64,000 nt of DNA, from NCBI GenBank assembly GCA_025786725.1, contig JAHLTZ010000004.1, forward strand, positions 124,001 through 188,000. Direction: 5' to 3'. The stretch is from Syncephalis fuscata S228. Lineage: Eukaryota; Fungi; Zoopagomycota. Made by a program: the position numbers and the translations under genes. The stretch's first letter is position 1, and the number at the start of each line of letters is the position of its first letter. Shown here in pieces: positions 1 through 9,186 of this stretch. Under the pieces are notes generated by a model. The model was given only the letters and a program-made list of their open reading frames with translations. It had not been told where the DNA came from and did not search any database.

Positions 1-318
1 TCACGTACGCCCAATGCTTCTGAAATGCGACGCGGACAAAGTAGCAACCAAACTACAAGTAGCCGAACTACAGAGACAAAACGTCTCTCTGCAGGCAACA
101 CACTTACCCGTGGATCTAGTATGCGTAACTCATCCTCTACCGCCAATGTATCATCAACACCAGTTTCCCCAACAAATACAAATACAACAACAGGAACAGG
201 AACGACGTCAGGCTCGGGAACACGCCGTACACCCATCGCGTCAAGAACACGGCCTACTGCTGCTGCATCCGCCGCAAATCGTGTCCCTCCTATGTCGTCG
301 ACTGCTCGTGCAAAATAA
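1..318 (+). CDS. 3' end of a gene entering from the left; Ser/Thr/Arg-rich low-complexity tail, product unknown
   Basis: Frame 1 is open from base 1 (SRTPNASEMRRGQSS...) to TAA at 316-318, followed by AT-rich UTR-like sequence. Confidence 0.55.
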   Translation, partial: SRTPNASEMRRGQSSNQTTSSRTTETKRLSAGNTLTRGSSMRNSSSTANVSSTPVSPTNTNTTTGTGTTSGSGTRRTPIASRTRPTAAASAANRVPPMSSTARAK

Positions 319-522
319 GTCACTAAACTTTGTGCCTACATTGCTTCATTTATAAACCAATATTTGTAATTTATGGCAACATAAACTTTTATTACAAAAA
401 GGTCTGCCATTGTACTGCTATGTAACCATGCTTATACACCAGTCTTTATTTTATCGTAAATAAGATCGAATTAACCTGTAATTTTAATTGATGAATGTTT
501 ATTTTATTGAATATCAAAGCAG

Positions 523-1522
523 TTACGATTGTCCAGCCTCCATGGGTTGAATGGCCACTTTCTCGCTTGTATTGGCGAGATAGCCACGATGTTCAAGATT
601 AGAGTACCATTCTATGCAATAAAGTTAGCTATGTTGCATCATGAATATGCTACCAATTGTATCCACTTACCAACATCACGTTTCTTAGTAGGAAGTGCTT
701 GTTTGGGCAATTTAATAAATTTCTCTGGATGTAATAAAGCACGAAGACCAAGCGAGTTGTGATAGACACAGCAAATACGGCCACCAATGGCTTCAATGGC
801 TTTAATTGCTTCACTAGAAGCACGCGACACTTCAATATTCACTGGAGTACGTAATTGCTCTGATCCCTATACATCTAATATAAATGCTTGCTATCTACCA
901 TTAAACTGCTCAACTACTTACCCGAGCAAGTAGTTGTACGCCATCGGCATTGATATTAACACAACCACTATCGTTTAGCTGCTTCATAGTAATTGTAGCA
1001 CGAGCATCCAAGCGACCAAGATCTATCCATTTTTGCAACTTGTCAAGATTAAGTACGTTGAATTCCTTAGCATGACTAATCAGAAGTTAGAAATACTATT
1101 TATATGTGTAGTGTTAAGGTTACTGCATCTACATACACATTGGTAAAGCCGCGTTTGGGAAACTTTTTTGTAATCGGCGTTTGGCCACCTTCAAAATTTA
1201 GTCGTGGCTTGCCATTGCCCGAACGTGCCTTTTGGCCCTTTTGACCACGACCGCACGTCTTTCCCTTGCCTGAACTACTACCGCGACCAACGCGCTTTAC
1301 CTAAAAGAAAAGAAAAAGACAAAAATAGATTTATAAGTGTTATGATTGCCGTAGATCAATATGCAAAATAATTACCCGTTTAACGGCGCCTGGATTATCG
1401 GCCAATGTATTTAGTGCAATCTTTGTCACTGGCCGAACTGTTGCATAGGATCGTATGCCTAGCACGGCAGGACGTGCTGCAACACCTTTTACGGCGGCAG
1501 CTAAACCCCACAGACAATTCAT
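523..1522 (-). CDS. MRPL15: Mitochondrial ribosomal protein uL15m (yeast MRPL10 / mammalian MRPL15), multi-exon
   Basis: Presequence-like N-terminus, then [13 protein letters not shown] / [26 protein letters not shown] / [13 protein letters not shown] / [34 protein letters not shown], with canonical GT-AG introns. Confidence 0.93.
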
Positions 1523-1993
1523 AACGAATAAAAAAAGAAAGATTAAAATGATGCGATAAATAGCAATAATCGATGCTGGTGTAAAAACTGATTGCAATTA
1601 ATAAAGATTAATTTAATTTGGATTGATTGTAATTGTTGATCCAAGACTTGCCATTATTTAAGCACATCAACTAATGGACTTTCGTACGCTTCGTAATCTA
1701 CTATATACTGTTTTATTTTCTTGTTTTATGCTAAGTATTGCTATTCTATCGGTTGCCTATTGCCTATTGCTATTTTCTTGTTTTACATTACATATTGCTC
1801 TTCTATTGGTTATCTATTGCATATTTCTCTTCTCTTTGTTTCATAATACATACTATTGACCAAATATTTCTATTAAAGCTGGGTGTTTTTAGTCTGCCAT
1901 TTATTATAATAAAACAATAGCGTCATCAAACTTTTATCGCCATTATTTGTATTTTTCTCTGACTTTGTATTTAACCCACCCAATCCAGTCGCC

Positions 1994-2533
1994 ATGGATC
2001 GTATATTCGGTCGACTTCGACGTGATATTGGATCTATAACCACACAAGCTGCCATTGACTCTGGCACTAGCTTTGGTGCTAGTATGACTGCTGCCATTGG
2101 TCTTGCTGGTATTGCCGAGCTTTGCGCCGTTTGCACCGTTGTTGCCGCTGCTCCTATATGTGCCATTGGTGCTGGCACCGTCTTTGGTGGCAGTATGCTT
2201 GTTGGTGCTGTTCGTAGCATTATCACTGACGAAGCTTGCTCCACTTGTGGTATTCCCGCTGATAAAGCCTGTAAAACCTGCGCAGAAGGTAAAAGCCCTA
2301 CTGCTCCCAATTGCACTGCATGTACTTGTTCCACCTGCATCACTGGAAAGGTCCTATGCAAGGCCTGCACTGCTTGCAAGGCCTGTACCGTTTGCAAAAA
2401 ATGTACTCCATGTAACGGTAATATCTGCAGTGGATATGATGATGATGGTGATGGTGATAGAACTGGCCGTGCCTTAGGCTCTCTTGCAGTTACTAGCGCT
2501 GTTGTTTGCAAGTTTGGTCGTGCTATTCTTTAA
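1994..2533 (+). CDS. Intronless orphan, 179 aa: Gly/Ala-rich hydrophobic segment followed by a CxxC-repeat domain (~20 Cys)
   Basis: GC-richer ORF with biased codon usage in AT-rich flanks, GCCATGG start context, and the run CKACTACKACTVCKKCTPC. Confidence 0.75.
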   Translation: MDRIFGRLRRDIGSITTQAAIDSGTSFGASMTAAIGLAGIAELCAVCTVVAAAPICAIGAGTVFGGSMLVGAVRSIITDEACSTCGIPADKACKTCAEGKSPTAPNCTACTCSTCITGKVLCKACTACKACTVCKKCTPCNGNICSGYDDDGDGDRTGRALGSLAVTSAVVCKFGRAIL

Positions 2534-3981
2534 GAATAAATATCAATCTAAGAGTGATATGGGATAAAGGTGTAATTGTTGTTTTAACCTATTTTATGTA
2601 TAGATCTGGCGACAAACAATGTCATTTTATAATTACACCGTACAGTTGCTTAAATGTCATGAATAGTCCGTATTTTTAATTGTTTCACTTTTAATCAAAA
2701 TTGCTAATAAACAATATCTACTACTATTTATTCTGATGAATGTTTATAATATTAAAAACATTATATCAATCTACAGCTATTTTGTTAACCCGTTGGTCTT
2801 TTTCTTTACTTGTACTTGATATTACTAAGTAACAGTCAAATATAATGTTTGGGATGTTGACTACTAAACAAATTAAACTTATAGCATTGTAAAATAATGT
2901 ACCAAGTAAAGCCATCAGTAATTGCGATGCAGTAGAAATATTGTTTGTGTTTAACAACTATTGAAAATATATAGACTGTAAAGCAGAATAGTAAGGTAGC
3001 TGCGACTATGATATCTCAATCTTTTATTAGTATAAACATACTATAGTACACACATTTGTATACTATTATACACGTGCACTGTGATCCAGATTATTGGTAA
3101 TATTTTATACATAATCATTGCAAGAAATTAGGTAGCTAGTGGTAAAGACATGGTAAAGTTCTTAGTAAAATTGTAACACATCGTTACAAATTACTCTGCG
3201 GTAAATAGAACAAAACAAACTTGTTCTCTGAAACTTACGTCCTCCTAGTAGTTTTTAGCGATAAATCAGTCTAGCTATTGTGGAGTTTTACTATGCATGC
3301 TGTGCTAACGAACATTTGTATAAACCAGCCATTAAAGAATTTTAGCTATCAATACTTTATCAATGCTGCATATCGATCTATTCTATTTGTTCATGTTCAT
3401 GTTATTCTGATTTGTATGCTAATAAGATATATGGAAAAGGTACAATCAAGTAATGCTGCTATTCTCAAATAACCAGTTAACTTGCTTGGAATACATGGAT
3501 AAAATTTATAGGAACTAAATCCTTATTAATCAGCTTTTTCAGGTCACTATAAATTGCCTAATTTTTGTTGTTTCGTTAATTGCACAAATGAAATCGGGTT
3601 TGTTAAGGACACATACGATGTTTTATAACTTTACCCCGTTAACCAATATGTATTTATAAAATCATATAGATGTATCATGATTGGTGTACATTGTAACCGC
3701 TACTGTCGTTAACTACGTTTTTTTTAATTTTAACCCGGCCACTTCATCATGTAGTTGTACTTCATCGGTATCAGTCAAACACACAGTTCATTCTGTACAG
3801 TAGGTATCGGTCGCTTTTTTGCTATTGCAATAGCTTTAAATAGCTTGCATTAACTTGAAGCTAAAATAAAATTTATCAGTTTACTTGCATTTTGCTCTCT
3901 GCTACTTCTCTATCATACATTCTCTATTCTATACACTTTACTTGCTGGTCTATATTTCTAGTTTGACAAATCACGACCACC

Positions 3982-4748
3982 ATGAAGTCTTACATCGCTA
4001 CTACCTGCATTCTTTCCGTAGCCTTTGTGTCCAGTGTTATCATGGTAAATAATATGCCAGCTCGATTCTATTGTAACATGTTTTACTTATAATTAATATT
4101 GTATGCTATATAGGCGGCTTTTTTGCTAATACTATGTTGCACTGATGAAACTCTAGATGGTAAGCTGCAGTTGTAATTAACAATCGAGTATTAACTAAAC
4201 ATGGTTTGTCTGCATGAATATAATAAATTAACCGTAATAGTCGGTAAGTTTTTGTTCAAGTGGCTATTTTAATACTAACTGTTTAATATTTTTATGTGAA
4301 GTTACTGGAGCTGCACTGATGGCTAGAAGTAAGAACTTTTGCTGCAAGTTGTAAATCGTTAAATTCAATGCATTAATTATATTGATTTGATAAACGTGTT
4401 CACAGGAGGCATTTCACACGTATAACATTTATATCAATACTGACTGCATAGTATTTTTCCAATGAACCACTAAAGCAGTATCAACAGCTTGTAAGTAAAT
4501 CCTGGCATAGCTATAAAGTAGCTAATTGTATAATAATTTCAACACAATTTAAAACTTGTTATTAATAGCGCGTAAGTTATATAACAAATAATACTATTAA
4601 TGCTTGCATATATATTATTTGGTTATTATTAACGGTAAGTAAGTTGAACTATAAATTGTTTATTTGAATTAACTTTTTGCCTAAAGCTGACCATTATTAT
4701 GTGTTTATATATTTAGGCATAAGTTTGGTAACAAGCAAGTCTATTTGA
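3982..4748 (+). CDS. Second micro-exon gene for a small secreted prepropeptide; probably degenerating
   Basis: Exons: 3982-4044 (MKSYIATTCILSVAFVSSVIM), 4114-4159, TCG 4241-4243, 4302-4328 (AAG acceptor), GAG 4406-4408 (weak gcattt donor), CTT 4488-4490, CGC 4569-4571, possible TAA 4636-4638 (acceptor reads cgg), 4717-4748. Three micro-exons have clean YAG|NNN|GTAAGT flanks. The joined frame contains ...GAALMARR. Confidence 0.5.
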
Positions 4749-4861
4749 TAATTACGCAGTCTCGTCTCTCATACATTAAAATTTATCTTATATACCTGGC
4801 ATTTCACGTTTTAATAAACAATGTTTATTATCATTATTATTTAATCTACATTTTATTGAAA

Positions 4862-5752
4862 CTATTTAGTAATCTTCACTTGGAATGTACCTGCAAAACA
4901 GTTTAGAAAATGCTCGTATTTTCTTGTTGATATAAAGCAACTTACACTGAGGAAGAGCAACTGTTTCGGCAATAACCACACTCGTAACACCGAGACAGGC
5001 GAGCGCGCCGCGTATTAAGCCGCATGGAAACCAAAGATACTAGTCAGATGATATAGAGGCAATTAGATGGTCTATCAATTTTAGAAAACATCAGCTTACC
5101 GGTGTGGCTCTGCGCGCTGCATCTGAACCACCAAGAGGTGTGGACATACGATTAAACCATTTGAATGTATTATCTTGCAATACATAGACGCCCTGGGTAA
5201 ACGCACATAGAACTGAGTATCAATATCAAACACGGCAATGCTATTAACAATACAATACTCGATGCTTACTCGGTGATTTGTTTTTAAATTATCGATTTGT
5301 TTTTTAAATACAGCGATCCAGAATTCTTTACAAATAAACTTGATTACCTCCAAGCTATCAGTGAACCGTGCCCGGTCGCGGGTAATGCTATTAGAAAAAC
5401 GTATTAGCCACAGTGATGTCTAGTCTATCCGGGCATTTAGTATTTACCGCTCAACGAGGGCCTGGCCTACACGGAAGCCGAGTGCCTCTAGCTTCACGTA
5501 GGCAGCCTCTTTGTCTTCGTCAGCATTGGCCGTCGTGTCCTGCACCTGATGTACCATTTCTGCCAGCAGATAGTCGAGGCAACTCTCGTTGACAAGTCGA
5601 CGCTGGGTGGCTGGGTCATCACCAAGCAATTGCTGCACAGATTGCGCCCCGCCACCTTGTGGCTGCGATCCCGTAGATGACTGCGACATGGTAGGGCCGT
5701 GCCGCGACTGCGACTGCGACATCGAAGGACGTGGACTAGATTGTGTAGACAT
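4862..5752 (-). CDS. TRS33: TRAPP complex subunit Trs33 / TRAPPC6
   Basis: Motifs LEALGFRVGQALVER, LEVIKFICKEFWIAVFKKQIDNLKTNHR and YLWFPCGLIRGALACLGV...TFQVKI across several introns. Confidence 0.93.
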
Positions 5753-6127
5753 GACGACAATGGTGTCGGATTAGTTCTGAAACCGAAATGATCAATAAAT
5801 GACGACAAAACTTAAACAGGACGAAGAGGGAAGAAGTGTAAGGACAATAGTGTGTGTGAAGTCAGAGATAAGAAGTGAGACATGTTCTGTTTATGGCATA
5901 AGTTTTATATCGTCATTGTGACCACATAGTGTAATCTATGGATCCACTTGTGTTGTATTAGTGCGGTGTCACGCACTTGCCACCCAACGCGTATTTGCAT
6001 AAATAGACGCCACTTGGTCAGTGTCCAGATGTGTTCGATACCTCACTTTATTCTATATTCAAGTTGAATACTCATTGTTTATTTCCACTAGCAACTAGCA
6101 TATCAATTGCACTACCACTTTATCAAC

Positions 6128-6547
6128 ATGGCACACCTAGGCGACAAAATGAGCGGAAAGGTCAAGGAGAACGTTGGCTGGGCTATCGGCGACAAGGAGA
6201 TGGAGGCTCGCGGCAAGGCACAAGCAACTGAAGCCGAAACGCTACGACATGGTGGCGAGCCAAGCCGCGTTCACGGCAACATGGAATCCGCAAAAGGTGC
6301 CACCAAGGAGAATGTTGGCCAGGCCGTTGGCGACCGCGGCATGCAGGCACGTGGTGCAGCTCAGCGAACCACTGGTAATGCCGAAGCTGAAACCGCCAAG
6401 AATCTAAACTATGCTGGCGGCGCAAAAGATCGTGTGGTCGGTGGCGCTAAGGAAAATGCCGGACGTGCCATGGGCAACAGACAAATGGAAGCTGAAGGCC
6501 AAGCACGCAACACTTATGGCAACGTGCGACAAGGCATGAACCAATAA
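6128..6547 (+). CDS. CsbD-like / fungal hydrophilin stress protein with three repeats
   Basis: Repeats GKVKENVGWAIGDKEMEARGKAQ, GATKENVGQAVGDRGMQARGAAQ and GGAKENAGRAMGNRQMEAEGQAR; first ATG at 6128. Confidence 0.8.
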   Translation: MAHLGDKMSGKVKENVGWAIGDKEMEARGKAQATEAETLRHGGEPSRVHGNMESAKGATKENVGQAVGDRGMQARGAAQRTTGNAEAETAKNLNYAGGAKDRVVGGAKENAGRAMGNRQMEAEGQARNTYGNVRQGMNQ

Positions 6548-7096
6548 GCGCGACCAGTATATTAGCCGATCATCCGATTGACGTTATGCAATGAACTTGC
6601 CTTTTTACACCGATCCATTTGTGTTAACTTCATTGCAAAATAAAACTGTTCATAAATACTCGTATAGAAATGTTAGAATATTGTTTATTGTTTATTGGAA
6701 AACAGTCGTAGTGTTTATTGATGTTTAAATGTTTAAATTATTGTTAATACTGGTCATGATGTAGTATGACAGTCGGTATACGGCAATTATTAACTGATTC
6801 TATATTCATGTGTCAACGGATACCATTCAGTTTGAACGCAATTGAACCCTTATAGCATTGATAAGGGGTCAATGTGTGTACACATATTTGTTCCACAATC
6901 ACGTAATACCAATTCTTACAAATGTAATATGTCATAATATTACATTTATACGATTACATTTAAATTGACCATTTTAACAATAGTATCAGTAATTTATTTA
7001 TGTTTTCTTTATGATATATTTGATATTAGCGTTGATAAATGTTATAGTATTCCATGTTACAATAAAATATAATAAATAGATAAATGATAGTAATAA

Positions 7097-8728
7097 GGGC
7101 AATTTTGAAAAAAAAAACACTGTTTTAATTTTAATTACAAAAATACGTTTTAAATTATAACTTTTTATATTTTTATATTTTATAAAATAAATACACTGTT
7201 TTAGATTTTACCATAATAAATTTAATAAATAAAAATAAATCATTTTTTGATTTTATTTACTGAAATATGCCGTTTTAAAAAATCTACCAAATGTCTACAA
7301 AACTATTTAAAGAAGCTATATTTAATAATACTGAAGAACTGAGGGCCACTGTTGACGAGCTTAGGCTTGTCAACGGTTGCAGTTTTATTACAGCTTATTT
7401 GTTCTCATGAAGATCGTTCCAGCAACAAATGTCAGTTTGTTTTAACTGCCAGAAAGCAGAAAACTGGCCTACTAAAGATTGTTGAATGTAATATTAAACA
7501 TTTTAATGGTTGTTCATATGATTTTGGTAATAACACTATTAAATCTATTACAAATGATATTGCTACATTTTCAAATATGAAATTAAAGGATGCACAAGTA
7601 AAAGTATTAAGTACATATTTGATTATTTAATATATACTAACAACTATAATAGTTCAACAGGAATTAATATTTTTATTACAAAGCTTGGTCTGCTCTTAAT
7701 TCAATGGAAAAAATGATATTGACAGTGATATCGATTTTATTTATTTATTAAATATTACCTCATTAAATTGGGCATTTTAATCCGAATTCTGTGCAGCGCT
7801 TTTTGCAGAACCAGTCTGGTAATCTTGAAAGTGCGTTTTTATGTCCTTTATCATCTATTAAAGCTTACCAGTATACTTGTAAAGTACTGGTAATTGATGA
7901 CTGCCATTTAAGATCTTCTTATGGCGGTGTTGCTCTTACTGCAGTTGTTAAAGATGGAAATAACAATATTTTTCCTTTGGCTGTTGCTATAATATCTCAT
8001 GAAAATGAAAACAACTAGGTCTATTTTCTTAAACATTTAGCAGATTCAATACCTGAATTAAGTATTTACAAGCTCAAGGATTGTTAACTAATAATAATTA
8101 TTTGTTGTATAAATCAACATTAACTGACGCCAATAATTATATAGTTGATAATTATTTTGCTACCAAATTTCAAATACTAATTTTGAAAAATTGTGGGCCT
8201 TTATTAGATGATTTATTAATAAATCTTACGCCATTGCTTATTTAAACAAAGTATATGCTTCAGAAATTTGTCCGGTTGAAATAGGATTAATTACTGCAGA
8301 CATTTCGTGTTTGCCACCGACAATAACGAAGAAAGCCGGTAGCCCAAGAGTTAAAAGAATTAGATTTTGTGGCGGAGCTTCGGAAGCCTCTTAACGATAT
8401 ACTTGTCGCAGTTGTAGCTCAAAAGGACACAATACAAGAACATGCTCTGTAAACACTAGATCAGTAACGTTGAAACAAACACTTTTGTTGAAGAACAAAT
8501 ACAAACTACTAGTGAAACGGCTATTAAAAAAAGCAAGCGTGCTATTAAAGAATGTTTAATTTTTGATGAACTTCATTACAAGGAAACGAAGTGTGGGGTA
8601 AATAAAAAATGGTTTTATTTATTAAATAAATTTAATAAACTTAAAAAAATTATTATGGTAAAATTAAGAATAGGAAAAGAAATGGAAAAAGTTTTATAAT
8701 TTAAAAAGTGTATTTTTCAAATTTGCCC
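7097..8728 (+). mobile_element. Decayed Mutator-like (MULE) DNA transposon with long imperfect TIRs
   Basis: Left end GGGCAATTTTGAAAA and right end TTTTCAAATTTGCCC; further inverted similarity between ~7150-7260 and ~8600-8705 (ttttaccataata.. / ..tattatggtaaaa). Internal transposase remnants present. No clear TSD. Confidence 0.8.
7268..8460 (+). pseudogene. MULE transposase pseudogene (stops, apparent internal deletion); boundaries approximate
   Basis: VLVIDDCHLRSSYGGVALTAVVKDGNNNIFPLAVAIISHENENN* resembles the MULE DDE N-terminal part. LPPTITKKAGSPRVKRI...*RYTCRSCSSKGHNTRTC is a C-terminal CCHC knuckle at ~8312-8445. Confidence 0.8.
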
Positions 8729-9186
8729 TTTATTAAAAAGCGTTTTTATTCTAATTTCAGCATAATATTATTTGGCTATATGATAATGATAGCTTTGCTA
8801 CTATCCATATCAATCTATGCTTATAACTAATACAATATAATTGTACATGTCTTTTGTTATTAATTTACTATTTGATTAATAATTGTTGATTATTGGATGA
8901 AAATAAAACATGGTTATAGATATAGCAATTTGATTGTATATAGTTAAGGTGAAACCATAAGTTTATTACTATAAGCTTGCACAGTTGAATAGAAACAACC
9001 AGATGCAATCTTGTTGGTAACATAATGATTCCATTGATTAAAGATTGGATAAACCGGAGCATTGGCCAAAACTTGATATATAGATAGACTGGACGGCGTA
9101 GTTGTCAAATGGTCTTGTTTTCCACCGAATATATACCTAAAGTGTATTGGAATAATGGCTTAATTGCGCTACCAATGTTAATGCTC

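Noticed and set aside
3100-3720. Short word matches (tgtacattgt, ttaaggac) between the upstream regions of the two micro-exon genes
   Set aside because: Too short and AT-rich to separate from chance without a computed alignment.
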